Origin: Myxococcota bacterium | GTDB lineage: Bacteria > Myxococcota_A > Polyangia > Polyangiales > Houyiibacteriaceae | Assembly (NCBI GenBank): GCA_039030515.1 | Contig: JBCCEA010000003.1 | Coordinates: forward strand, 98,759 to 162,758 | Length of the DNA stretch: 64,000 nucleotides | Direction of reading: 5' to 3' | Shown: positions 1 to 9,871 of the stretch, in pieces | How positions within the stretch are numbered: position 1 is the stretch's first letter | Layout: each line of letters opens with the position of its first letter | Translations under genes and position numbers: made by a program | The notes under the pieces: generated by a model | The model's database searches: none | What the model was told of the DNA's origin: nothing | Seen by the model: only the letters and a program-made list of their open reading frames with translations

Positions 1-1
1 C

Positions 2-193
2 CAGTATGACGTAGTAGCGGCCGTCGCAGGCGGCTGCGGTAATGCTGCCGGGACGAGCGCCTATACCTTCTCGGCGTTCGGCGACCTTGACGGAGACACC
101 GTAGTCAGCACGTTCGAGATTCAGGTGGCGTCCAATAACGAAAACGCACTCTACCGCACGCCTGGTATCTACGTCGTCAACGAACTCGAGTAG
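2..193 (+). CDS. 3' end of a type IV pilin (PilA-like), truncated by the window edge
   Basis: Frame 2 reads QYDVVAAVAGGCGNAAGTSAYTFSAFGDLDGDTVVSTFEIQVASNNENALYRTPGIYVVNELE*. It shares the A-x-GDLD-x-D...STFE...YVVN..E tail with the pilin at 250-885. Confidence 0.7.
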   Translation, partial: QYDVVAAVAGGCGNAAGTSAYTFSAFGDLDGDTVVSTFEIQVASNNENALYRTPGIYVVNELE

Positions 194-218
194 TTCTTTC
201 AAGCAAAGAACTTTTTTG

Positions 219-248
219 TGCTCCTGCCTCGGCGGGAGCATTTTTTTT
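219..248 (+). terminator. Rho-independent terminator after the pilin
   Basis: Stem TGCTCCTGC / GCGGGAGCA with loop CTCG, followed by T8, between two convergent pilin genes. Confidence 0.85.
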
Positions 249-249
249 G

Positions 250-885
250 CTACTCGACCCGGTTGACCACGTATAGAATCCCTACCGGAGCCAAAAGCCC
301 GTCGCTGGTCGTGGTTGCGTGTCGTTCGAACGTGGAAAGCGTTCCATCTTCGTCCAGATCGCCCTCTGCACGTAGCGTCACCAATATCTCATTGGGTGTA
401 AGCGTGGACTGTCCGCACCCATGTTCTTTCGGCAGAAAACTGTATCGGTATCTCGTCGCTCGTTCAGGATGGAACCCGAGTGCTGCCCAAACTTCGCTAT
501 CGCTTCGATCTGCATCGAGAAAATCAACTTCGACAGGTTCTGCTGCAGCGCGAAGTGGGGTGGGTCCAGCGGACTTGGGAAGACACTGATGTTGCCCGGT
601 CGCAGAAGACGCGGTCTCAAAATACACTGCAGTTCTACGATAGAGCGATGCGAGTTGCTCGCTTGCCTCTGAGATCTTCGAGCTACGAATTGTTCTAAAG
701 AACGTGGGAACAAACACCGCAAGCAACAGGCTGAAGATACAGGTCACAAGCGTCGCTTCAACGAGGGACAGTCCATGCGCTCTTTGTCGACGAAAAATTT
801 TTGGATTTTGTCGGCTCGCAATATCTCGACTTCGGATAGAGCGCCTCCGCAGGACAGCGCCAGCGTTCCCACTTGAAGATCGCAT
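250..885 (-). CDS. Type IV pilin-like protein
   Basis: Prepilin site HG|LSLVE, then a hydrophobic helix and 'RSSKISEASEQL'; C-terminal GDLDEDG motif and a Cys pair. The true start may lie downstream of 885. Confidence 0.8.
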   Translation of the reverse strand: MRSSSGNAGAVLRRRSIRSRDIASRQNPKIFRRQRAHGLSLVEATLVTCIFSLLLAVFVPTFFRTIRSSKISEASEQLASLYRRTAVYFETASSATGQHQCLPKSAGPTPLRAAAEPVEVDFLDADRSDSEVWAALGFHPERATRYRYSFLPKEHGCGQSTLTPNEILVTLRAEGDLDEDGTLSTFERHATTTSDGLLAPVGILYVVNRVE

Positions 886-913
886 GCCTTCTATCTCCCT
901 GAAAACCGGTCTC

Positions 914-3799
914 TTACGGACCTGCGCCAGGCGTTAGCTGCAAAATCTTGGTGTTGGTTTGTCCCGGTAGGATGTTGACGTTCAGTGACTGCCGGATGTT
1001 GAACTCAGGATTGACCAAGGTAAGCCGATGTGTCCCAGGTCGGAGAGAGATCGACATTTGCGGGGTGTTGCCCACGAGGCGTCCATCCACATAAACCTGC
1101 GACCACGGGCGTGTGTTCACGCGCAACAGGCCAGCTTCTCCGTCGGTAGGCTCGACGCTATTCGGGGTGGGCGTCGCCTGAAAGGACGTGGGAGACCGCG
1201 CAAATGTCGTTGGCAGCTCGCCGCCTGTTGGCGTTGCGATCTGCATGCTTGCTACGGCCTGAAGTGGGCGCGGCATCGGCGGCATGGACGGTGAGCTCAT
1301 GGAGAGAGACGCCCCGCGGCTTGAGGAGCCAGGGTTTGCTGGGGGGCGAGACACGAGTCTTGCTCGAACTTCAACCTCATCTACATCTGCAGGAACCGGA
1401 AGCGGACGCTCCCAAGGCACAAAACCTGGACGAATCATCTTTACCGTCCAAGGCGCATCAGAGGGATCGATGGCCGCCGTTATCGGCGTTCTGGACTGCA
1501 GCGTACGGCGGGTTCCTTGCCCCGTAAGGATGACGCGGGCTCCCGGAGGAGTCGACCGCAGATACACCGTAAGCTGCCGGCGGGTTAAGGCAACACGCGG
1601 AAGTTCGAAAACCTTCTCTGCCTCAACCTCTATCTCGGTTTGCCAGGGCGTATAGTCCGCTCCCATCTCGACACGTACCGAGTGTGTGCCCGGTGTTAGG
1701 CTCGTTGCTTGAATCGGAGTACGCTCGGTTTGCTCGCTGCCATCGATGTACACCGTTGCACCGCTTGGAACCGTATCGAGGATGAATCCGGTACCTTGCA
1801 CATCACCGACCACTCGGCCGACCTGCTCGACCGCATCTGGAATCGGCACAAGCACCACAGGAACCTCTAAAACCTCCCCAGGTCGCAAGTTCACCGACTG
1901 TATCCAGGAGCGATATCCGGATTTACGGATCTCGATCAGATGGACTTCGTTCGACGACACGTCGTTGATGAGGAAGGGGCTCGCGGTGGCCTGCAGAGGA
2001 ACTGTATCGAAGGCCACAAGGTCCGGATTCGAGGGCGTGGTCATCACATGGATCGCGCCAGACTCAGGAATACCGGAAACCCACCACACGATTCCGAGTA
2101 GAAGTGCGGCGAAAACTACAAAAACACCGGCCACCGCACCAGCAATACGTCGATTGGGATCTTCAGGGCGCTGGGTTAGCTCGGTGGACTCGTGGAGAGC
2201 CTCACCCTGAATGTTCGAATCGGCAAGGGACTGTTCGAGGATATGAGCGTCCGCTCCAGAGTCGTCCTCAGCGCTTTTCTCATCCTGCATCTCGTGGAAA
2301 GGAGAGGGAATTCCGCCGAAGGAAACTTCATCCTCAGGACGATCGTAAATCTGAGTGGCGAGCTCTTCGTCATCCCACTCCATCTCTAAGTTGGGTCCCG
2401 TGCCCATCGCGGGAACGTCGCTCTCTCTGCTTCTTGCAACTTCGAGTTTTGGCTGCTTAGTGCCCGAAACATTGGCATCTAAGGATGAGGATCTACTTTT
2501 CAGATCACGAGAGGCGTTAGGTAGATCCCTTGGAACACCAGCGGGTTGCAGAGAAGGAATAGAGGCCAGCGGAGGAACTCCGGAGCGTCGTGCATCTCCC
2601 CTCAAGGCTTCGATAGACGAGTGGCGAGGCGGAGGACGCGACGACGCCGGCGGCTTAGGTGGTGGTAGCGAGGACCGCGAAGCGGAGCGTCCGTGCGGGG
2701 CCTGCGAGATGTTCGCCGGAGGTGGTGGTGGAGGCAAGGTTGGGCGACGTGATACGCGCTCACCCCGCTCGAGCCGTGGAGGCAACTTTTCGAGCGCACC
2801 AAAGCCAGATGGAGCAAAGCCAGATGGAGCCTCTGTCTGACGGAATTTTTGATCGCGGGCGGACTCCTTCGCGATTTCGTCCGCAAACATCTTACGCATG
2901 TAGGCGTTCAAATCTTTCCGGGAGAAAACATTCCCGCTTGTGTACGTGAAGGACTGCAAATCATCGTGCAGGTCCATCGTGGTCTGGTAGCGATCGTCTG
3001 CATCCTTTGCCAGAGTCTTTAGCACGATTTGCTCAAGCTCTTCTGGGATCCGGTGATTGTAGCTTCGAGGAGGGGCGATCTCGACGTTGCGCACTTTTTC
3101 AAGTGTCGAAAAGTCGCTCTCTCCCACAAACAGTCGTTCGCCAGTGAGCAGCTCGTAGAGGACGATCCCGAGAGAAAAGATATCACTGCGCCGATCCAAG
3201 GGTAGGCCCCGAACCTGCTCAGGCGACATATAACCGAATTTCCCCTTCAGAATTCCGGCCTGGGTTTTCCCAGCTTTATTTGCGGCCTTAGCGATTCCGA
3301 AGTCGATGATTTTGGTGTCTCCATCGTAGGAGATGAGGACATTTTGCGGAGACACGTCGCGATGAACGAGCGATAGGTCGCGACCTCTATCGTCTTTCTT
3401 GTTGTGCGCGTAGTCCAACGCTTCGCACACCTTCATTAATACGTAGCAGGACATGGGAATCGGAATCGTTTCCCCTCGTTTGCGTGCCCGGTCGAATATC
3501 GCACGGGCGTCTTTACCGTGGACATACTCCATGGCGATGAAGAACGAGTCCTCCACTCGGCCAAGATCGAATATTTGTGCGATGTTGGCGTGATTGAGCT
3601 GTACTGCAATCTTGGCCTCGTCGACAAACATGGTCACGAACTCAGAGTCCTCAGCGATGCTCGGTAAAATCCGCTTCACCGCGACCAGGCGCTCAAAGCC
3701 TTCCACTCCAAAAGACTTTGCCTTGAAGACCTCGGCCATGCCTCCAACGTTCACCCGTTCGAGTAGGAGGTAAGTTCCAAAAGGAATCGGCTTCTTCAC
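914..3799 (-). CDS. Membrane Ser/Thr protein kinase with C-terminal PEGA domains
   Basis: GGMAEVF, VAVKRI, HRDVSPQN, DFG and GKFGYMSPEQ motifs; Pro-rich linker, TM segment, several PEGA-like repeats. Likely start is GTG at 3799 (ORF extends to 3844). Confidence 0.92.
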   Translation of the reverse strand: MKKPIPFGTYLLLERVNVGGMAEVFKAKSFGVEGFERLVAVKRILPSIAEDSEFVTMFVDEAKIAVQLNHANIAQIFDLGRVEDSFFIAMEYVHGKDARAIFDRARKRGETIPIPMSCYVLMKVCEALDYAHNKKDDRGRDLSLVHRDVSPQNVLISYDGDTKIIDFGIAKAANKAGKTQAGILKGKFGYMSPEQVRGLPLDRRSDIFSLGIVLYELLTGERLFVGESDFSTLEKVRNVEIAPPRSYNHRIPEELEQIVLKTLAKDADDRYQTTMDLHDDLQSFTYTSGNVFSRKDLNAYMRKMFADEIAKESARDQKFRQTEAPSGFAPSGFGALEKLPPRLERGERVSRRPTLPPPPPPANISQAPHGRSASRSSLPPPKPPASSRPPPRHSSIEALRGDARRSGVPPLASIPSLQPAGVPRDLPNASRDLKSRSSSLDANVSGTKQPKLEVARSRESDVPAMGTGPNLEMEWDDEELATQIYDRPEDEVSFGGIPSPFHEMQDEKSAEDDSGADAHILEQSLADSNIQGEALHESTELTQRPEDPNRRIAGAVAGVFVVFAALLLGIVWWVSGIPESGAIHVMTTPSNPDLVAFDTVPLQATASPFLINDVSSNEVHLIEIRKSGYRSWIQSVNLRPGEVLEVPVVLVPIPDAVEQVGRVVGDVQGTGFILDTVPSGATVYIDGSEQTERTPIQATSLTPGTHSVRVEMGADYTPWQTEIEVEAEKVFELPRVALTRRQLTVYLRSTPPGARVILTGQGTRRTLQSRTPITAAIDPSDAPWTVKMIRPGFVPWERPLPVPADVDEVEVRARLVSRPPANPGSSSRGASLSMSSPSMPPMPRPLQAVASMQIATPTGGELPTTFARSPTSFQATPTPNSVEPTDGEAGLLRVNTRPWSQVYVDGRLVGNTPQMSISLRPGTHRLTLVNPEFNIRQSLNVNILPGQTNTKILQLTPGAGP

Positions 3800-4040
3800 C
3801 GCGCCCCTCGGGATCTGCAAAAGGAGCGCGCCCGCCGGAGACAACTCGTCTGAGAAGAGAACGACAACGGACTAATCTCGCCACACAATTTCACGGGTCG
3901 GTAAAGTCGTTTGGACCCAGACGCCGTTACGGACCTGCATGCCGTCATGGATTTGGTGCATCGTAAAGTGAAACTAAGTCGTAACTTGAGGCTAAATCGT
4001 GATCGGAAAATCGCTCGGAAGCAACGTGCGAAATCGGTAA

Positions 4041-6812
4041 CTACTGGGGTCCCAAGAACCGAGAGGGACCTTCTAGTTTGAGATAACGTACCCTCGCGTC
4101 CTGCAGATGGGCCCAAACGCCGTAGGGCCGAGGTTGTACTTCGGGAAACAGAACTTCCGCCGCGGGTCGATCATTTCCAAAGAATTTCAGCGCTTCCGCC
4201 GGGTTTACCAATCGTTCGAAGCCTTGGAGGTCCATGGTTTCGCTTCCCACGACAAACGCAAGCCTTGCCCCCTCCGAGAGGATCAATGCGCGTTCAACGC
4301 CCGCAGATCGCATTCGAGAACACAGAGATCGATCTTCACTTGAAGTTTCTGCGTAGAGTAGAAACCCGTCCTGATCGACGCCGAGGGCCGCGTTTGCGAC
4401 CGAGTCCTCAGTAAGCACCGGCCCATAGAAAAGTACTTTGCCCCCTCTTGGAACGTGGCCAACGCCCATAGAATAGCCCGCCGTGCGCTCTCGATACCAT
4501 AGGGCTTCCCATCCCTCCTGGTGGGAGCGCATAGGCACCTCGGTCAAGTATGCGATAGGCTTTTCGAGTCCAGGCCAGGCCATCGGCTCGGGCATCGCGC
4601 GACGCGGATCAATGCGCACCAAGGTAAGCTCTGGCATCACCAAGCGCGCAAAAGCATGTGGCCAACCCGCGTGCGGCAATCCCTTGGTCGAAAACACCTC
4701 TCCTGTGTCTACCGGCGGTCCAGGCAGTGTCGGCACTTGGGTCAGGTAGAAAAAATCCCTCGGATCCCTCGCCACGTACCTAGGAAAATTCATGTGAATC
4801 ATGGGCTTGACGGCTCTGCGCGCTCGCATGTGTAGAGCGGGCATACCGGGCACATCTCCCTCAAACTCATTCGCAGTGTCGAGTGCTCGTCCCAAAGCAG
4901 GCAACGGCTGGGACCGAGGCACGATGTTGAAAAACTCGAACCCCGTGTGCACATGATTCATGTCCAAATGCATTCCTCGGATACATCGGACCGAAAGCAT
5001 GGCTTCACCCAGACTCTTTGGCCCGAGTGAAGGGCCCCAAAAGTACGCCAGATAGTGTTCCTCGGTGAGACAAATTCCCGTTCGATAGATGAAGGTCTGC
5101 TCTTCTGCATTAGGCGAAGCGGCGCCCCAGTACCATCTCGACCAAGGGTTGTAGGTGCCATCTTCAACCAGGCTGGTGAGGTTTTGACGGTACTCGATAA
5201 GATTGGAAGGGATTTGAGCTGTCGCCCATGATTCCCGATACTCGCGAACGCCGGCAGGCGCCGGGAGCCATGATCCCATGGTGGGACGGCCGTCGCGAAG
5301 GAGTCCTACCGTTGCAGACCAAGGTTTGGGTGGCAGATATACCTCACCATCGCTCATCACACCGAACTCGCCGTGAACCGCTTGGAAACCGCCGTTAAAC
5401 CCGCCGACAACGCGCTGGAGCAGCTTGGAGTCCCTTGGAATCATCCCAGCCCCGAGACTACCGGTGACGCTCTCGGGTTCTTGGGTGCCGGTCATCACCC
5501 GAAGCTGCACCTGACGGGGATCCCAAAGCACGATGAATACTTTGCTAAAGACGCGCTCAAGGTCCGGCCGGAGAAATGTTTGATAAAATGCGGGCGGAGC
5601 GTTTGGGTAGGTGCTCACAAAAGGGTCGTCGACAACGGGAACCCAAACTCCCTCGTGATCCAGCGACGGAGCCATCAGCGGGGATAGGTCTGGAGGTGGC
5701 CATTTCAGTTCCGGATCGTTGATGGTGGCGGAAAGTCGTCGCCTTGTTTCCTCCTCGGATACCCCCAGTTCCTCAGCCACTTCCGCCGAGAGCTCCCGCC
5801 TCGTTCCCCCGAGGACGCGATGTTTGGCGCGCTGGATCAGATCCCTCAAGCCAAAGACCCGACGTTCCAACCAGTCCACCGGCTCTGGGCCCACAAAGGG
5901 TAGCGATCGCACCGTATCGACTACCCAGGAGATACCGCCGGGAGCACCTTTGTATTGATGCTGCACGACCAAGTCGGGCCCTTCTAAACCGAAATCTGCG
6001 GCGGAAGTTTCAAGCGCCAAGAGATCCACTCGGACCTCAGCAGCACCCTCATCCATGCGAAGCAAGAACTCGTCCGACGAAGCTTCCAGCCGCGCCTGAG
6101 CCCGAGGCGCGGCAAATACGTAACGAACCTTACCAAACCCTTGACTGCGTCCAGACGTTTGGAGATTTGTAATCGCATTCTGAACACGTTGGCGCTGCGA
6201 CCAACCGGCGGTGATGTGTGGCTCTTCTCCCCGCAGGTCGAATACCACCACCGCTTCGTACTCGCCCCGTACTCGACTGAGACAGGCGACTCGCACTCCG
6301 CTACGAACCAGCTGCAGCTCCTCAGCAAGCGGTGTCCTAGTCAGGTTGTGAAGGCTAAAGAGGTCGACCACCGAATTCCGGTTGGCTCGAAGCCTCGCAA
6401 AATATACGTCGGTGTGTTGTTCCGGCAATTTCGCCAAAAAAAGGGCAGATACGAACCGAGTCCGATCGAGGGGGTCCAGCCAGAGCGTCGAATCAGGGAC
6501 GAGCTGCAGTCCGCGTCTCGAAAGGATCGAGAAAAGCGCTTGGTCGACCGTGCGACCTCGGGCTTGGCCCCCAGACCGAAATACCAAGAGCGCAGTCGAG
6601 CAGAGCAAGGCTGCAATAAACAGAGACGTTCTTCGCCGCGAGTACCTGAAAAACAGCGCGGTCAATGAAGTCATCTCGTGCACAGGCTCGTGCGCAGGCT
6701 GTGTCGCAACGTGCTCCGGCCCTTTCGTTTGGCGACTCATCGGCAAACCTCCAAAGCATGGGATAGTTCGAATGCGCCACCGAATCGAACTCGAGGGGCA
6801 GGCCGAACTCAA
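4041..6812 (-). CDS. Large membrane-anchored protein with a phosphodiester glycosidase (NAGPA/DUF2233)-like central domain
   Basis: 923-aa ORF with an N-terminal TM; motifs GGFNGGF...G, YRTGICLT and GMHLDMN. Start is probably ~6740 or later. Confidence 0.55.
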   Translation of the reverse strand: MSSACPSSSIRWRIRTIPCFGGLPMSRQTKGPEHVATQPAHEPVHEMTSLTALFFRYSRRRTSLFIAALLCSTALLVFRSGGQARGRTVDQALFSILSRRGLQLVPDSTLWLDPLDRTRFVSALFLAKLPEQHTDVYFARLRANRNSVVDLFSLHNLTRTPLAEELQLVRSGVRVACLSRVRGEYEAVVVFDLRGEEPHITAGWSQRQRVQNAITNLQTSGRSQGFGKVRYVFAAPRAQARLEASSDEFLLRMDEGAAEVRVDLLALETSAADFGLEGPDLVVQHQYKGAPGGISWVVDTVRSLPFVGPEPVDWLERRVFGLRDLIQRAKHRVLGGTRRELSAEVAEELGVSEEETRRRLSATINDPELKWPPPDLSPLMAPSLDHEGVWVPVVDDPFVSTYPNAPPAFYQTFLRPDLERVFSKVFIVLWDPRQVQLRVMTGTQEPESVTGSLGAGMIPRDSKLLQRVVGGFNGGFQAVHGEFGVMSDGEVYLPPKPWSATVGLLRDGRPTMGSWLPAPAGVREYRESWATAQIPSNLIEYRQNLTSLVEDGTYNPWSRWYWGAASPNAEEQTFIYRTGICLTEEHYLAYFWGPSLGPKSLGEAMLSVRCIRGMHLDMNHVHTGFEFFNIVPRSQPLPALGRALDTANEFEGDVPGMPALHMRARRAVKPMIHMNFPRYVARDPRDFFYLTQVPTLPGPPVDTGEVFSTKGLPHAGWPHAFARLVMPELTLVRIDPRRAMPEPMAWPGLEKPIAYLTEVPMRSHQEGWEALWYRERTAGYSMGVGHVPRGGKVLFYGPVLTEDSVANAALGVDQDGFLLYAETSSEDRSLCSRMRSAGVERALILSEGARLAFVVGSETMDLQGFERLVNPAEALKFFGNDRPAAEVLFPEVQPRPYGVWAHLQDARVRYLKLEGPSRFLGPQ

Positions 6813-7045
6813 CGACTGACTCCGATCTGAGCTACTCGCCCAGCATGCTGTTCACCCTTAGTTTTAACTCCTTTTCTCGGCCGAGCATGTTCGGCTGATC
6901 ACTGACGCGCACAGCCAGACTCGCTAGACATCGGAATTAGCTTCACGGAGCGCGCCCGCCTAGTGCTTCGTAAACGGTTGCTCGGAATCCGCCATCACGG
7001 CTGGTTTCTTGCCACAAAGTCACACATCACGATAGAGCCGTACTT

Positions 7046-7921
7046 ATGGTGACACCGTCCGATACGGTCTCGGCGCTCGGTTCCGCAATGCTTACGATTG
7101 CGCGTAAGAACGCAGCGGGGATACTCGAGCTTAGTTGTGACTCAAAAACCTACAGGCTCTACTGTCAGAATGGTCGCATTTACAGCGTCACCCAGACAAA
7201 CTCCTGCTGCGAAGGGACTTTTCAAAACCAAACGCATCACCGGCAGTCGTATCGATTTGATACTGCCGAAAGGGCCTCCAGCGCTCGAGCAGAGCTAAAA
7301 TCGCAGGCGATCGAGCTGTTTTTGCTCCCTCCCAAGAGGTTTCGTTTTATCCCCTGCAGCGCTGACGACAAGGCAGATAGGGACGCGCTCCGCATCGAAA
7401 CCCTCGTTCTCGCGGCGGCTCGCAAAGTTACCGAGTCCACACCTCTTGAGGTAGCTTCACGCTCGCTTGAAGGTACTGACCCGACGATCGAGATTCCAGT
7501 AGCGAGGCGACTGCGGGAGGCTCCACTATGGCCCTGGGAACTTGCAGTTATCACGCAACTGGAGTCCAGAGCTCCGATCAAGACGCTACTCGAACAGTCG
7601 CAACACCGAGCAGAGCTCGTGCGATTCGTGTACGCACTTAGGCTGCTGAGAATCACGATTCCCGGGTCGCGCAAAGGTGACGCCTATCCACTGCTGCTGA
7701 AGAAACGACGACAAGTGCGCGATAAAGCGAACTGGCGAGAACTTCTCGACCTGCCTGAGCAAGCGAGCGCTCTCGAAGCCAAGCGCTCGCTGCGCAGACT
7801 CGTAAGCAAGCTGCATCCCGACAAGTTAGATCGTGCGGGCGCACCAAAGCTGGTGGCCAGTGAAGTCGTGGCTGCGTTGGTGCATGCCGCTGCCGAAAGC
7901 GAAGCCGGACTCGCGTCCTAG
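7046..7921 (+). CDS. DUF4388-like N-terminal domain plus C-terminal J-domain protein
   Basis: N-terminal 'GILEL...YRLYCQNGRI'; C-terminal 'WRELLDLP...AKRSLRRLVSKLHPDK' with the HPD motif. Confidence 0.65.
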   Translation: MVTPSDTVSALGSAMLTIARKNAAGILELSCDSKTYRLYCQNGRIYSVTQTNSCCEGTFQNQTHHRQSYRFDTAERASSARAELKSQAIELFLLPPKRFRFIPCSADDKADRDALRIETLVLAAARKVTESTPLEVASRSLEGTDPTIEIPVARRLREAPLWPWELAVITQLESRAPIKTLLEQSQHRAELVRFVYALRLLRITIPGSRKGDAYPLLLKKRRQVRDKANWRELLDLPEQASALEAKRSLRRLVSKLHPDKLDRAGAPKLVASEVVAALVHAAAESEAGLAS

Positions 7922-8904
7922 TCTCGGTCATGCTCCGAATGAAGTTCGCGGCGAAGCTCGAGATAACGTCGAGACAGGGTGTTGCGTGCAATGCCGTACC
8001 TGCGTGCAATGTCTTCTTGAGTCACGCCGTCGATCTGACACCTCGCGCTCAGCAGGTACTCGATCGCCGCCGCATAGCCTTCGGGCTTGACCAGGCGAGC
8101 CGAGCGATTTCTGAGAAATTCCCCCCAAAGAGTTTGCGCCTGATTCACTTCATCCGTTGAAAAACCAGCTGCGGTCATGTTTTGTTCTAGGAGCTGTTTC
8201 ACCGCCTCGTCCATGCTTCTGCTCGGCCTTGCAGCACGTCGTTTGGCTCCCATCGAATGTTTGGCTCTCGTCGAATTACCACCATCGCTCGAGGAGCGTT
8301 CTGAATCGTCTCGAGCACCCTTTTCGATCCATTCCAGCAAAGAGCGGTGATCGCGGCTTCCCGGCTTTTCCTTGAGTGCCTGACGGGCAAGTTCCTCCGC
8401 TTCATTCATCTGATGGATACGTGCCAAGCAGTGGGCAAGTGACGCCGCAATCTCGTCCTGCTCAGGCTCCATTTGATAGGCACGACGCAGGTGGTGCTCA
8501 GCTCTCGCGGGCTTCATGAGCGCGACATCCAAAAGGTGCCCTAAATTATGATGATACCAAGGATTTTCCGGAGCCAACTTCAACGCGCGTTGATACGCTC
8601 GGGCCGCGGCCTGGTAGTTTCCGAGTAGTGCCTGAGCAAGCCCCATCAAGGCATGCAGGACGTCATCGCTTCCGTGGCTTTGGATCACACGGCGCAGATG
8701 CAGCGCGGCGTTCCAAGGATTGGATTCAAGTTGGAGCTCTGCGAGATGCCTCCGGGCATAGAGCGAATCGTCACTGCCCTCCTCTGCCCGATCGAGCAAC
8801 CTCTGAAGTGCACGCTCTACAGACGCGGCTCGACGTGAACGACGCAGCGCTTTTTCGGCCTCTCGGCGAAGCCGTTCGACCTCATTGTCGCTCGTGCTCG
8901 CCAT
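7918..8904 (-). CDS. TPR-repeat protein with a C-terminal cyclin/HTH (TFIIB-like) domain
   Basis: TPR motifs (AYQRALKLAPENPWYHHNLG); C-terminus KPEGYAAAIEY...TQEDIARRYGIARNTLSRRYLEL. Confidence 0.75.
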   Translation of the reverse strand: MASTSDNEVERLRREAEKALRRSRRAASVERALQRLLDRAEEGSDDSLYARRHLAELQLESNPWNAALHLRRVIQSHGSDDVLHALMGLAQALLGNYQAAARAYQRALKLAPENPWYHHNLGHLLDVALMKPARAEHHLRRAYQMEPEQDEIAASLAHCLARIHQMNEAEELARQALKEKPGSRDHRSLLEWIEKGARDDSERSSSDGGNSTRAKHSMGAKRRAARPSRSMDEAVKQLLEQNMTAAGFSTDEVNQAQTLWGEFLRNRSARLVKPEGYAAAIEYLLSARCQIDGVTQEDIARRYGIARNTLSRRYLELRRELHSEHDRD

Positions 8905-9100
8905 CTCTCACCCCTTGCCTTCGAGCTGGTCCCACTCGCAGGCAGCCGTTACCCCGAACTGCTTTCCAAAATGCGGCAGCGCACACTTTATTCCATTACA
9001 GCACACCACTGTCATCATAGGGAAGTCGATGGGTTAAAGTCGTTTCTCTTCGGGATGTCTACGTCTCACCCATCTCGCCGCAGCATCTTTGGATCAAGGC

Positions 9101-9871
9101 TCACTTTATCCTTTCGGAATCACGGAGCGCGACCTTGCGCAAAACGACAACGTAGAACCCGGCGAACAGTCGCAAAGCGGATCCACTGAGCCGCTGTTCG
9201 ACAGCCCTCAAGCACCTCCCCACTCCAGGCAGTCGATGCAATCCGGCAAAGGGGGTCACGATTCGAACGCCGCGTGTTTCTACTAGAACGGCATCCGAAG
9301 GAAACGATCTTGATACCTTCCACGGCAGATCCCAGCGCGTGTAGATGTCTCGCTCCGTGTGGTTCAAACCGATCCTCTTAGGCCCAGCAATCAATTTTGA
9401 TACGTATCGTATACTTAGAGGATTGTACACTTCGAAAACCAGATGTCCGCCAGGGCGCAAAACCCGATTGGCCTCCTCTAAGGCGCTTCGCAGATCCGGA
9501 ACGTGTGGAAACACCTTGAAGCTGTAGACCAGATCAAAACACGCATCCCTGAAGGGCATCTGAAGGGCGCTGCCTTGAACAACCTGAAGTCCTCGCTTGC
9601 GGGCAAGCGCAAGCATTCCGGGCGACAGATCCAGGCCTACCGCCAGTCGACTTACGTTCTCAACCGGCTTGAGAAGCCTCCCGGTGCCACATCCCACTTC
9701 GAGCACCCTACCCTGCTCCGCGTAGGGCTGAAGGATATCCAACTCGAGGTCGTCGAGCATCTGGTGGTAGCTTTCTCGATCCCGACCACGATCGTAGCGA
9801 CGGCTGAAGTCGTCATAGTAGCTCCGCGCATCGGAGCGAGAGCCCACTACCTCGTCGTGCTTTCGGGTCAT
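9101..9871 (-). CDS. Class I SAM-dependent methyltransferase
   Basis: VLEVGCGTG, GLDLSPGML and RVLRPGG motifs; ATG at 9871 overlaps the upstream stop (ATGA). Confidence 0.9.
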   Translation of the reverse strand: MTRKHDEVVGSRSDARSYYDDFSRRYDRGRDRESYHQMLDDLELDILQPYAEQGRVLEVGCGTGRLLKPVENVSRLAVGLDLSPGMLALARKRGLQVVQGSALQMPFRDACFDLVYSFKVFPHVPDLRSALEEANRVLRPGGHLVFEVYNPLSIRYVSKLIAGPKRIGLNHTERDIYTRWDLPWKVSRSFPSDAVLVETRGVRIVTPFAGLHRLPGVGRCLRAVEQRLSGSALRLFAGFYVVVLRKVALRDSERIK

